A DNA stretch of 64,000 nt. Source: Eledone cirrhosa. Its lineage: Eukaryota. The notes beneath the pieces are model-generated. The model had not been told where the DNA came from. It was given only the letters and a program-made list of their open reading frames with translations, and ran no database searches. Below are positions 28,801 through 42,933 of this stretch, piece by piece (positions within the stretch are counted from its first letter, which is position 1; each line of letters starts with the position of its first letter). The position numbers and the translations under genes are program-made. The stretch lies in NCBI GenBank assembly GCA_964016885.1, contig OZ024742.1, positions 13,330,001 through 13,394,000 on the forward strand, read 5' to 3'.

Positions 28801-31699
28801 AGTTAATGGAAAATACTGGAGGATCAGTTAATGGAAAATACTGGAGGATCAGTTAAAGGAAAATACTGGAGGATCAGTTAAATAAAATACTGGAGGATCA
28901 GTTAAAGGAAAATACAAAGGATCAGTTAAAGGAAAATACTGGAGGATCAGTAAAAATAAAATACTGAAGGATCAATTAAAGGAAAATACTGGAGGATCAG
29001 TTAAATAAAATACTGGAGGATCAGATAAAGGAAAATACAAAGGATCACCTAAAGGAAAATACTGGAGGATCAGTTAAAATAAAATACTGGAGGATCAGTT
29101 AAAGGCAAATACGGGAGGATCAAATAAAGGAAAATACTGGAGGATCAGTTAAAGGAAAATACTGGAGGATTAGTTAAAGGAAAATACTGGAGAATCAGTT
29201 AAAGGAAAATACTGAAGGATCAGTTAAAGAAAATATTGGAGGATCAGTTAAATCAAATACTGGAGGATCAGTTAAAGGGAAATACTTAAGGATCAGTTAA
29301 AGAAAATATTGGAGGATCAGTTAAGTAAAATACTGGAGGATCAGTTAAAATAAAATACTGGAGGATCAGTAAAAGGAAAATACTTGAGGATCAGTTAAAG
29401 GAAAATACTGGAGGATCAGTTAAATCAAATACTGGAGGATCAGTTAAAGGAAAATACTGAAGGAGCAGTTAAAGGAAAATACTGGAGGATCAGTTAAAAG
29501 AAAATACTGGAGGATTAGTTAAAATAAAATACTGGAGGATCAGTTAAAGGAAAATACTGGAGGATCAGTTATAATAAAATACTGGAGGAATATTTCAAGT
29601 AAAATACTGGAGGATCAGTAAAAATAAAATACTGGAGGATCAGTTAATGGTAAATACTGGAGGATCAGTTAAAATAAAATACTGGAGGATCAGTTAAAGG
29701 AAAATACTGGAGGATCAGTTAAAGGAAAATACTGGAGGATCAGATAAAGGAAAATTCTGGAGGATCAGTTAAAATAAAATACTGGAGGATCAATTAAAGG
29801 AAAATATTGGCGGATCAGTAAAAATAAAATACTGGAGGATCAGTTAAAGGAAAATACTGGAGGATCAGTTAAGATTAAATACTGGAGGATCAGTTAAATA
29901 AAATACTGAAGCATCAGTTAAAATAAAATACTGGAGGATCAGTTAAAGGAAAAAACTGGAGGATCAGTAAAAAATAACATACTGGAGGATCAGTTAAAGG
30001 AAAATACTGGAGAATCAGTTAAAATAAAATACTGGAGGATCAGTTAAAGTAAAATTTGTGGAGGATCAGTTAAAATAAAAAACTGGAGGATCAGTAAAAG
30101 GAAAATACTGGAGGATCAGTTAAGATAAAATACTGGAGGATCAGTTAATGGAAAGTACTGGAAGATGAGTTAAAGAAAATACTGGAGGATCAGTTAAAGT
30201 AGAATACTGGAGGATCAGTTAAAATAAAATACTGGAGGATCAGTTAAAGGAAAATACTGGAGGATCAGTTAAAGGAAAATACTGGAGGATTAGTTAAAGG
30301 AAAATACTGGAGAATCAGTTAAAGGAAAATACTGAAGGATCAGTTAAAGAAATATTGGAGGATCAGTTAAATCAAATACTGGAGGATCAGTTAAAGGGAA
30401 ATACTTAAGGATCAGTTAAAGAAAATATTGGAGGATCAGTTAAGTAAAATACTGGAGGATCAGTTAAAATAAAATACTGGAGGATCAGTAAAAGGAAAAT
30501 ACTTGAGGATCAGTTAAAGGAAAATACTGGAGGATCAGTTAAATCAAATACTGGAGGATCAGTTAAAGGAAAATACTGAAGGAGCAGTTAAAGGAAAATA
30601 CTGGAGGATTAGTTAAAATAAAATACTGGAGGATCAGTAAAAATAAAATACTGGAGGATCAGTTAATGGTAAATACTGGAGGATCAGTTAAAATAAAATA
30701 CTGGAGGATCAGTTAAAGGAAAATACTGGAGGATCAGTTAAAGGAAAATACTGGAGGATCAGATAAAGGAAAATTCTGGAGGATCAGTTAAAATAAAATA
30801 CTGGAGGATCAATTAAAGGAAAATATTGGCGGATCAGTAAAAATAAAATACTGGAGGATCAGTTAAAGGAAAATACTGGAGGATCAGTTAAAATTAAATA
30901 CTGGAGGATCAGTTAAATAAAATACTGAAGCATCAGTTAAAACAAAACACTGGAGTATCAGTTAAGGAAAATACTGTAGGATCAGTTAAAATAAAATACT
31001 AGAGGATCAGTTAAAAGAAAATACTTCAGGATCAGTTAAAGGAAAATACTGGAGGATCAGTTAAAGGAAAATGCTGGAGGATCAGTTAAAATAAAATACT
31101 GGAGGATCAGTTAATGGAAAGTACTGGAAGATTAGTTAAAGAAAATACTGGAGGATCAGTTAAAGTAAAATACTGGAGGATCAGTTAAAATAAAATACTG
31201 GAGGGCCAGTTAAAGGAAAATACTGGAGGATCAGTTAAAGGAAAATACTGGAGGATCAGTCAAAGAAAAATACTGGAGCATCAGTTAAAGGGAAATTGTT
31301 AAGGATCAGTTAAAGAAAATACTGGAGGATCAGTTAAGTAAAATACTGGGGGATCAGTTAAAATAAAATACTGGGGGATCAATTAAAGGAAAATACTGGA
31401 GGATCAGTTAAATCAAATACTGGAGGATCAGTTAAAGGTAAATACTGGAGGATCAGTTAAATCAAATACTGGAGGATCAGTTAAAGGAAAATACTGAAGG
31501 AGCAGTTAAAGGAAAATACTGGAGGATTAGTTAAAATAAAATACTGGAGGATCAGTAAAAATAAAATACTGGAGGATCAGTTAATGGTAAATACTGGAGG
31601 ATCAGTTAAAATAAAATACTGGAGGATCAGTTAAAGGAAAATACTGGAGGATCAGTTAAAGGAAAATACTGGAGGATCAGATAAAGGAAAATTCTGGAG

Positions 31700-34150
31700 G
31701 ATCAGTTAAAGGAAAATACTGGAGGATCAGTTAAAATAAAATACTGAAGGATCAATTAAAGGAAAATACTGGAGGATCAGTTAAATAAAATACTGGAGGA
31801 TCAGTTAAAGGAAAATACAAAGGATCAGTTAAAGGAAAATACTGGAGGATCAGTTAAAATAAAATACTGAAGGATCAATTAAAGGAAAATACTGGAGGAT
31901 CAGTTAAATAAAATACTGGAGGATCAGTTAAATGAAAATACAAAGGATCAGCGAAAGGAAAATACTGGAGGATCAGTTAAAGGCAAATACGGGAGGATCA
32001 AATAAAGGAAAATACTGGAGGATCAGTTAAAGGAAAATACTGGAGAATCAGTTAAAGGAAAATACTGAAGGATCAGTTAAAAAAATATTGGAGGATCAGT
32101 TAAATCAAATACTGGAGGATCAGTTAAAGGGAAATACTTAAGGATCAGTTAAAGAAAATATTGGAGGATCAGTTAAGTAAAATACTGGAGGATCAGTTAA
32201 AATAAAATACTGGAGGATCAGTTAAAGGAAAATACTTTAGGATCAGTTAAAGGAAAATACTGGAGGATCTGTTAAATCAAATACTGGAGGATCAGTTAAA
32301 GGAAAATACTGAAGGAGCAGTTAAAGGAAAATACTGGAGGATCAGTTAAAAGAAAATACTGGAGGATTAGTTAAAATAAAATACTGGAGGATCAGTTAAA
32401 GGAAAATACTGGAGGATCATTTATAATAAAATACTGGAGGAATATTTCAAGTAAAATACTGGAGGATCAGTAAAAATAAAATACCGGAGGATCAGTTAAT
32501 GGTAAATACTGGAGGATCAGTTAAAATAAAATACTGGAGGATCAGTTAAAGGAAAATACTGGAGGATCAGTTAAAGGAAAATACTGGAGGATCAGATAAA
32601 GGAAAATTCTGGAGGATCAGGTAAATTAAATACTGGAGGATCAATTAAAGGAAAATATTGGCGGATCAGTAAAAATAAAATACTGGAGGATCAGTTAAAG
32701 GAAAATACTGAAGCATCAGTTAAAACAAAACACTGGAGTATCAGTTAAAGGAAAATACTGGAGGATCAGTTAAAATAAAATACTAGAGGATCAGTTAAAG
32801 GAAAATACTTCAGGATCAGTTAAAGGAAAATACTGGAGGATCAGTTAAAGGAAAATGCTGGAGGATCAGTTGAAATAAAATACTGGAGTATCAGTTAAAG
32901 GAAAATACTGAAGGATCAGTTAAAATAAAATACTGGAGGATCAGTTAAAGGAAAAAACTGGAGGATCAGTTAAAATAAAATACTGGAGGATCAGTAAAGT
33001 AAAATACTGGAGGATCAGTTAAAGAAAATACTGGAGGAGCAGTTAAGTAAAATAATGGATGATCAGTAAAAATAAAATACTGGAGGATCAGTTAAAGGAA
33101 AATACTGGAGGATTAGTTAAAATAAAATACTGGATGATCAGTTAAATGAAAATACTGGAGGATCAGTTAAAGGAGAATACTGGAGGATCAGTTAATGGAA
33201 AATACTGGAGGATCAGTTAAAATAAAATACTGAAGGATCAATTAAAGGAAAATACTGGAGGATCAGTTAAATAAAATACTGGAGGATCAGTTAATGGAAA
33301 ATACAAATGATCAGTTAAAGGAAAATACTGGAGGATCAGTTAAAATAAAATACTGGAGGATCAGTTAAAGGCAAATACGGGAGGATCAAATAAAGGAAAA
33401 TACTTGAGGATCAGTTAAAATAAAATACTGGAGGATCAGTTAAAGTAAAATACTGGAGGATCAGTTAAAATAAAACACTGGAGGATCAGTAAAAGGAAAA
33501 TACTGGAGGATCAGTTAAAATAAAATACTGGAGGATCAGTTAATGGAAAGTACTGGAAGATCAGTTAAAGAAAATACTGGAGGATCAGTTAAAGTAAAAT
33601 ACTGGAGGATCAGTTAAAGGAAAATACTGGAGGATCAGTTAAAGGAAAATACTGGAGGATCAGTTAAAGGAAAATACTGGAGGATCAGTTAAATCAAATA
33701 CTGGAGGATCAGTTAAAGGAAAATACTGAAGGATCAGTTAAAGGAAAATACTGGAGGATCAGTTAAAAGAAAATACTGGAGGATTAGTTAAAATAAAATA
33801 CTGGAGGATCAGTTAAAGGAAAATACTGGAGGATCAGTTATAATAAAATACTGGAGGAATATTTAAAGTAAAATACTTGAGGATCAGTAAAAATAAAATA
33901 CTGGAGGATCAGTTAATGGTAAGTATTGGAGGATCAGTTAAAATAAAATACTGGAGGATCAGTTAAAGGAAAATACTGGAGGATCAGTTAAAGGAAAATA
34001 CTGGAGGATCAGTTAAAATAAAATACTGGAGGATCAGTTAAAGGAAAATACTGGAGGATCAGTTAAAGGAAAATACTGGAGGATCAGTCAAAGAAAAATA
34101 CTGGAGCATCAGTTAAAGGGAAATTGTTAAGGATCAGCTAAAGAAAATAC
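31700..34150 (+). repeat. Dispersed copy of the block at ~14640-17050 (offset 17062)
   Basis: AAGGATCAGCGAAAGG at 14881/31943, TACTTTAGG at 15171/32233 and ACCGGAGG at 15421/32483 all give an offset of 17062. Confidence 0.85.
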
Positions 34151-37100
34151 TGGAGGATCAGTTAAAGATAAATACTGAAGGATCAGTTAATGGAAAATAC
34201 TGGAGGATCAGTTAATGGAAAATACTGAAGGATCAGTTAAAGGAAAATACTGGAGGATTAGTTAAAATAAAATACTGGAGGATCAGTTAAATGAAAATAC
34301 TGGAGGATCAGTTAAAGGAAAATACTGGAGGATCAGTTAAAGGAAAATACTGGAGGATCTGTTAAATCAAATACTGGAGGATCAGTTAAAGGAAAATACT
34401 GAAGGAGCAGTTAAAGGAAAATACTGGAGGATCAGTTAAAAGAAAATACTGGAGGATTAGTTGAAATAAAATACTGGAGGATCAGTTAAAGGAAAATACT
34501 GGAGGATCATTTATAATAAAATACTGGAGGAATATTTCAAGTAAAATACTGGAGGATCAGTAAAAATAAAATACCGGAGGATCAGTTAATGGTAAATACT
34601 GGAGGATCAGTTAAAATAAAATACTGGAGGATCAGTTAAAGGAAAATACTGGAGGATCAGTTAAAGGAAAATACTGGAGGATCAGATAAAGGAAAATTCT
34701 GGAGGATCAGTTAAAATAAAATACTGGAGGATCAATTAAAGGAAAATATTGGCGGATCAGTAAAAACAAAATACTGGAGGATCAGTTAAAGGAAAATACT
34801 GAAGCATCAGTTAAAACAAAACACTGGAGTATCAGTTAAAGGAAAATACTGGAGGATCAGTTAAAATAAAATACTAGAGGATCAGTTAAAGGAAAATACT
34901 TCAGGATCAGTTAAAGGAAAATACTGGAGGATCAGTTAAAGGAAAATGCTGGAGGATCAGTTAAAATAAAATACTGAAGTATCAGTTAAAGGAAAATACT
35001 GAAGGATCAGTTAAAATAAAATACTGGAGGATCAGTTAAAGGAAAAAACTGGAGGATCAGTTAAAAAAAAATACTGGAGGATCAGTTAAAGTAAAATACT
35101 GGAGGATCAGTTAAAGAAAATACTGGAGGAGCAGTTAAGTAAAATAATGGATGATCAGTAAAAATAAAATACTGTAGGATCAGTTAAAGGAAAATACTGG
35201 AGGATTAGTTAAAATAAAATACTGGATGATCAGTTAAATGAAAAAACTGGAGGATCAGTTAAAGGAAAATACTGGAGGATCAGTTAATGGAAAATACTGG
35301 AGGATCAGTTAAAATAAAATACTGAAGGATCAATTAAAGGAAAATACTGGAGGATCAGTTAAATAAAATACTGGAGGATCAGTTAATGGAAAATACAAAG
35401 GATCAGTTAAAGGAAAATACTGGAGGATCAGTTAAAATAAAATACTGGAGGATCAGTTAAAGGCAAATACGGGAGGATCAAATAAAGGAAAATACTTGAG
35501 GATCAGTTAAAATAAAATACTGGAGGAGCAGTTAAAGTAAAATACTGGAGGATCAGTTAAAATAAAACACTGGAGGATCAGTAAAAGGAAAATACTGGAG
35601 GATCAGTAAAAATAAAATACTGGAGGATCAGTTAATGGAAAGTACTGGAAGATCAGTTAAAGAAAATACTGGAGGATCAGTTAAAGTAAAATACTGGAGG
35701 ATCAGTAAAAATAAAATACTGGAGGATCAGTTAAAGGAAAATACTGGAGGATTATTTAAAGGAAAATACTGGAGAATCAGTTAAAGGAAAATACTGAAGG
35801 ATCAGTTAAAGAAAATATTGCAGGATCAGTTAAATCAAATACTGGAGGATCAGTTAAAGGGAAATACTTAAGGATAAGTTAAAGAAAATATTGGAGGATC
35901 AGTTATGTAAAATACTGGAGGATCAGTTAAAATAAAATACTGGAGGATCAGTTAATGGAGAGTACTGGAAGATCAATTAAAGAAAATACTGGAGGATCAG
36001 TTAAAGTAAAATACTGGAGGATCAGTTAAAATAAAATACAGGAGGATCAGTTAAAGGAAAATACTGGAGGATCAGTTAAAGGAAAATACTGAAAAAGCAG
36101 TTAAAGGAAAATACTGGAGGATCAGTTAAAAGAAAATACTGGAGGATTAGTTAAAATAAAATACTGGAGGATCAGTTAAAGGAAAATACTGGAGGATCAG
36201 TTAAAGGAAATACTGGAGGATCAGTTAAAGGAAAATACTGGAGGATCAGTTAAATCAAATACTGAAGGATCAGTTAAAGGAAAATACTGAAGGATCAGTT
36301 AAAGGAAAATACTGGAGGATCAGTTAAAAGAAAATACTGGAGGATTAGTTAAAATAAAATACTGGAGGATCAGTTAAAGGAAAATACTGGAGGATCAGTT
36401 ATAATAAAATACTGGAGGAATATTTAAAGTAAAATACTTGAGGATCAGTAAAAATAAAATACTGGAGGATCAGTTAATGGTAAGTATTGGAGGATCAGTT
36501 AAAATAAAATACTGGAGGATCAGTTAAAGGAAAATACTGGAGGATCAGTTAAAGGAAAATACTGGAGGATCAGTCAAAGAAAAATACTGGAGCATCAGTT
36601 AAAGGGAAATTGTTAAGGATCAGCTAAAGAAAATACTGCAGGATCAGTTAAAGGTAAATACTGAAGGATCAGTTAATGGAAAATACTGGAGGATCAGTTA
36701 ATGGAAAATACTGCAGGATCAGTTAAAGGAAAATACTGGAGGATTAGTTAAAATAAAATACTGGAGGATCAGTTAAATGAAAATACTGGAGGATCAGTTA
36801 AAGGAAAATACTGGAGGATCAGTTAAAATAAAATACTGAAGGATCAATTAAAGGAAAATACTGGAGGATCAGTTAAATAAAATACTGGAGGATCGGTTAA
36901 AGGAAAATACAAAGGATCAGCTAAAGGAAAATACTGGAGGATCAGTTAAAATAAAATACTGGAGGATCAGTTAAAGGCAAATACGGGAGGATCAAATAAA
37001 GGAAAATACTTGAGGATCAGTTAAAATAAAATACTGGAGGATCAGGTAAAGTAAAATACTGGAGGATCAGTTAAAATAAAACACTGGAATATCAGTAAAA

Positions 37101-37449
37101 GGAAAATACTGGAGGATCAGTTAAAATAACATACTGGAGGATCAGTTAATGGAAAGTACTGGAAGATCAGTTAAAGAAAATACTGGAGGATCAGTTAAAG
37201 TAAAATACTGGAGGATCAGTTAAAGGAAAATACTGGAGGATCAGTTAAAGGAAAATACTGGAGGATCAGTTAAAGGAAAATACTGGAGGATCAGTTAAAT
37301 CAAATACTGGAGGATCAGTTAAAGGGAAATATTTAAGGATCAGTTAAAGAAAATATTGCAGGATCAGTTAAGTAAAATACTGGAGGATCAGTTAAAATAA
37401 AATACTGGAGGATCAGTTAAAGGAAAATACTGAAAGAGCAGTTAAAGGA

Positions 37450-40400
37450 AAATACTGGAGGATCAGTTAAAGGGAAATATTTAAGGATTAGTTAAAGAAA
37501 ATACTGGAGGATCAGTTAAGTAAAATACTGGATAATCAGTTAAAATAAAATACTGGGGGATCAATTATAGGAAAATACAGGAGGATCAGTTAAATCAAAT
37601 ACTGGAGGATCAGTTAAAGCTAAATACTGAAGGATCAGTTAATGGAAAATACTGGAGGATCAGTTAAAGGAAAATACTGGAGGATTAGTTAAAATAAAAT
37701 ACTGGATGATCAGTTAAATGAAAATACTGGAGGATCAGTTAAAGGAAAATACTGGAGGATCAGTTAAAGGAAAATACTGGAGGATCAGTTAAAATAAAAT
37801 ACTGAAGGATCAATTAAAGGAAAATACTGGAGGATCAGTTAAATAAAATACTGGAGGATCAGTTAATGGAAAATACAAAGGATCAGTTAAAGGAAAATAC
37901 TTGAGGATCAGTTAAAATAAAATACTGGAGGATCAGTTAAAGTAAAATACTGGAGTATCAGTTAAAATAAAACACTGGAGGATCAGTAAAAGGAAAATAC
38001 TGGAGGATCAGTTAAAATAAAATACTGGAGGATCAGTTAATGGAAAGTACTGGAAGATCAGTTAAAGAAAATACTGGAGGATCAGTTAAAGTAAAATACT
38101 GGAGGATCAGTTAAAGAAAATACTGGAGGATCAGTTAAAGGAAAATACTGGAGGATCAGTTAAAGGAAAATACTGGAGGATCAGTTAAATCAAATACTGG
38201 AGGATCAGTTAAAGGAAAATACTGAAGGATCAGTTAAAGGAAAATACTGGAGGATCAGTTAAAAGAAAATACTGGAGGATTAGTTAAAATAAAATGCTGG
38301 AGGATCAGTTAAAGGAAAATACTGGAGGATCAGTTATAATAAAATACTGGAGGAATATTTAAAGTAAAATACTTGAGGATCAGTAAAAATAAAATACTGG
38401 AGGATCAGTTAATGGTAAGTATTGGAGGATCAGTTAAAATAAAATACTGGAGGATCAGTTAAAGGAAAATACTGGAGGATCAGTTAAAGGAAAATACTGG
38501 AGGATCAGTCAAAGAAAAATACTGGAGCATCAGTTAAAGGGAAATTGTTAAGGATCAGCTAAAGAAAATACTGGAAGATCAGTTAAAGGTAAATACTGAA
38601 GGATCAGTTAAAGGAAAATACTGGAGGATCAGTTAAAGGAAAATACTGGAGGATCAGTTAAAGGAAAATACTGGAGGATCAGTCAAAGAAAAATACTGGA
38701 GCATCAGTTAAAGGGAAATTGTTAAGGATCAGCTAAATAAAATACTGGAGGATCAGTTAAAGTAAAATTTGTGGAGGATCAGTTAAAATAAAAAACTGGA
38801 GGATCAGTAAAAGGAAAATACTGGAGGATCAGTTAAGATAAAATACTGGAGGATCAGTTAATGGAAAGTACTGGAAGATCAGTTAAAGAAAATACTGGAG
38901 GATCAGTTAAAGTAGAATACTGGAGGATCAGTTAAAATAAAATACTGGAGGATCAGTTAAAGGAAAATACTGGAGGATCAGCTAAAGGAAAATACTGGAG
39001 GATCAGTTAAAGAAAATTACTGGAGGATCAGTTAAAGGGAAATATTTAAGGATTAGTTAAAGAAAATACTGGAGGATCAGTTAAGTAAAATACTGGATAA
39101 TCAGTTAAAATAAAATACTGGGGGATCAATTATAGGAAAATACTGGAGGATCAGTTAAATCAAATACTGGAGGATCAGTTAAAGGTAAATACTGAAGGAT
39201 CAGTTAATGGAAAATACTGGAGGATCAGTTAAAGGAAAATACTGGAGGATTAGTTAAAATAAAATACTGGATGATCAGTTAAATGAAAATACTGGAGGAT
39301 CAGTTAAAGGAAAATATTGGAGGATCAGTTAAAATAAAATACTGAAGGATCAATTAAAGGAAAATACTGGAGGATCAGTTAAATAAAATACTGGAGGATC
39401 AGTTAATGGAAAATACAAAGGATCAGTTAAAGGAAAATACTGGAGGATCAGTTAAAATAAAATACTGGAGGATCAGTTAAAGGCAAATACGGGAGGATCA
39501 AATAAAGGAAAATACTTGAGGATCAGTTAAAATAAAATACTGGAGGATCAGTTAAAGTAAAATACTGGAGGATCAGTTAAAATAAAACACTGGAGGATCA
39601 GTAAAAGGAAAATACTGGAGGATCAGTTAAAATAAAATACTGGAGGATCAGTTAATGGAAAGTACTGGAAGATCAGTTAAAGAAAATACTGGAGGATCAG
39701 TTAAAGTAAAATTTGTGGAGGATCAGTTAAAATAAAAAACTGGAGGATCAGTAAAAGGAAAATACTGGAGGATCAGTTAAGATAAACTACTGGAGGATCA
39801 GTTAATGGAAAGTACTGGAAGATCAGTTAAAGAAAATACTGGAGGATCAGTTAAAGTAGAATACTGGAGGATCAGTTAAAATAAAATACTGGAGGATCAG
39901 TTAAAGGAAAATACTGGAGGATCAGCTAAAGGAAAATACTGGAGGATCAGTTAAAGAAAATTACTGGAGGATCAGTTAAAGGGAAATATTTAAGGATTAG
40001 TTAAAGAAAATACTGGAGGATCAGTTAAGTAAAATACTGGATAATCAGTTAAAATAAAATACTGGGGGATCAATTATAGGAAAATACTGGAGGATCAGTT
40101 AAATCAAATACTGGAGGATCAGTTAAAGGTAAATACTGAAGGATCAGTTAATGGAAAATACTGGAGGATCAGTTAAAGGAAAATACTGGAGGATTAGTTA
40201 AAATAAAATACTGGATGATCAGTTAAATGAAAATACTGGATGATCAGTTAAAGGAAAATACTGGAGGATCAGTTAAAGGAAAATACTGGAGGATCAGTTA
40301 AAATAAAATACTGAAGGATCAATTAAAGGAAAATACTGGAGGATCAGTTAAATAAAATACTGGAGGATCAGTTAATGGAAAATACAAAGGATCAGTTAAA

Positions 40401-42500
40401 GGAAAATACTGGAGGATCAGTTAAAATAAAATACTGGAGGATCAGTTAAAGGCAAATACGGGAGGATCAAATAAAGGAAAATACTTGAGGATCAGTTAAA
40501 ATAAAATACTGGAGGATCAGTTAAAGTAAAATACTGGAGGATCAGTTAAAATAAAACACTGGAGGATCAGTAAAAGGAAAATACTGGAGGATCAGTTAAA
40601 ATAAAATACTGGAGGATCAGTTAATGGAAAGTACTGGAAGATCAGTTAAAGAAAATACTGGAGGATCAGTTAAAGTAAAATACTGGAGGATCAGTTAAAG
40701 AAAATACTGGAGGATCAGTTAAAGGAAAATACTGGAGGATCAGTTAAAGGAAAATACTGGAGGATCAGTTAAATCAAATACTGGAGGATCAGTTAAAGGA
40801 AAATACTGAAGGATCAGTTAAAGGAAAATACTGGAGGATCAGTTAAAAGAAAATACTGGAGGATTAGTTAAAATAAAATGCTGGAGGATCAGTTAAAGGA
40901 AAATACTGGAGGATCAGTTATAATAAAATACTGGAGGAATATTTAAAGTAAAATACTTGAGGATCAGTAAAAATAAAATACTGGAGGATCAGTTAATGGT
41001 AAGTATTGGAGGATCAGTTAAAATAAAATACTGGAGGATCAGTTAAAGGAAAATACTGGAGGATCAGTTAAAGGAAAATACTGGAGGATCAGTCAAAGAA
41101 AAATACTGGAGCATCAGTTAAAGGGAAATTGTTAAGGATCAGCTAAAGAAAATACTGGAAGATCAGTTAAAGGTAAATACTGAAGGATCAGTTAAAGGAA
41201 AATACTGGAGGATCAGTTAAAGGAAAATACTGGAGGATCAGTTAAAGGAAAATACTGGAGGATCAGTCAAAGAAAAATACTGGAGCATCAGTTAAAGGGA
41301 AATTGTTAAGGATCAGCTAAATAAAATACTGGAGGATCAGTTAAAGTAAAATTTGTGGAGGATCAGTTAAAATAAAAAACTGGAGGATCAGTAAAAGGAA
41401 AATACTGGAGGATCAGTTAAGATAAAATACTGGAGGATCAGTTAATGGAAAGTACTGGAAGATCAGTTAAAGAAAATACTGGAGGATCAGTTAAAGTAGA
41501 ATACTGGAGGATCAGTTAAAATAAAATACTGGAGGATCAGTTAAAGGAAAATACTGGAGGATCAGCTAAAGGAAAATACTGGAGGATCAGTTAAAGAAAA
41601 TTACTGGAGGATCAGTTAAAGGGAAATATTTAAGGATTAGTTAAAGAAAATACTGGAGGATCAGTTAAGTAAAATACTGGATAATCAGTTAAAATAAAAT
41701 ACTGGTGGATCAATTATAGGAAAATACTGGAGGATCAGTTAAATCAAATACTGGAGGATCAGTTAAAGGTAAATACTGAAGGATCAGTTAAAGGAAAATA
41801 CTGGAGGATCAGTTAAAGGAAAATACTGGAGGATCAGTTAAAATAAAATACTGAAGGATCAATTAAAGGAAAATACTGGAGGATCAGTTAAATAAAATAC
41901 TGGAGGATCGGTTAAAGGAAAATACTGGAGGATCAGTTAAAATAAAACACTGGAGGATCAGTAAAAGGAAAATACTGGAGGATCAGTTAAAATAAAATAC
42001 TGGAGGATCAGTTAATGGAAAGTACTGGAAGATCAGTTAAAGAAAATACTGGAGGATCAGTTAAAGTAAAATACTGGAGGATCAGTTAAAGAAAATACTG
42101 GAGGATCAGTTACAGGAAAATACTGGAGGATCAGTTAAAGGAAAATACTGGAGGATCAGTTAAATCAAATACTGGAGGATCAGTTAAAGGAAAATACTGA
42201 AGGATCAGTTAAAGGAAAATACTGGAGGATCAGTTAAAAGAAAATACTGGAGGATTAGTTAAAATAAAATGCTGGAGGATCAGTTAAAGGAAAATACTGG
42301 AGGATCAGTTATAATAAAATACTGGAGGAATATTTAAAGTAAAATACTTGAGGATCAGTAAAAATAAAATACTGGAGGATCAGTTAATGGTAAGTATTGG
42401 AGGATCAGTTAAAATAAAATACTGGAGGATCAGTTAAAGGAAAATACTGGAGGATCAGTTAAAATAAAATACTGGAGGATCAGTTAAAGGTAAATACTGA
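37450..42500 (+). repeat. Nested duplications (offsets 2584, 944 and 1391)
   Basis: AAAATTTGTGGAGG is at 38764, 39708 and 41348. The AAAATGCTGG that follows GATTAG is at 38291, 40875 and 42266. GATAATCAG is at 37531, 39096, 40040 and 41680. Confidence 0.8.
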
Positions 42501-42933
42501 AGGATCAGTTAATGGAAAATACTGGAGGATCAGTTAATGGAAAATACTGCAGGATCAGTTAAAGGAAAATACTGGAGGATTAGTTAAAATAAAATACTGG
42601 AGGATCAGTTAAATGAAAATACTGGAGGATCAGTTAAAGGAAAATACTGGAGGATCAGTTAAAGGAAAATACTGGAGGATCAGTTAAAATAAAATACTGA
42701 AGGATCAATTAGAGGAAAATACTGGAGGATCAGTTAAATAAAATACTGGAGGATCAGTTAAAGGAAAATACAAAGGATCAGTTAAAGGAAAATACTGGAG
42801 GATCAGTTAAAATAAAATACTGAAGGATCAATTAAAGGAAAATACTGGAGGATCAGTTAAATAAAATACTGGAGGATCGGTTAAAGGAAAATACAAAGGA
42901 TCAGCTAAAGGAAAATACTGGAGGATCAGTTAA

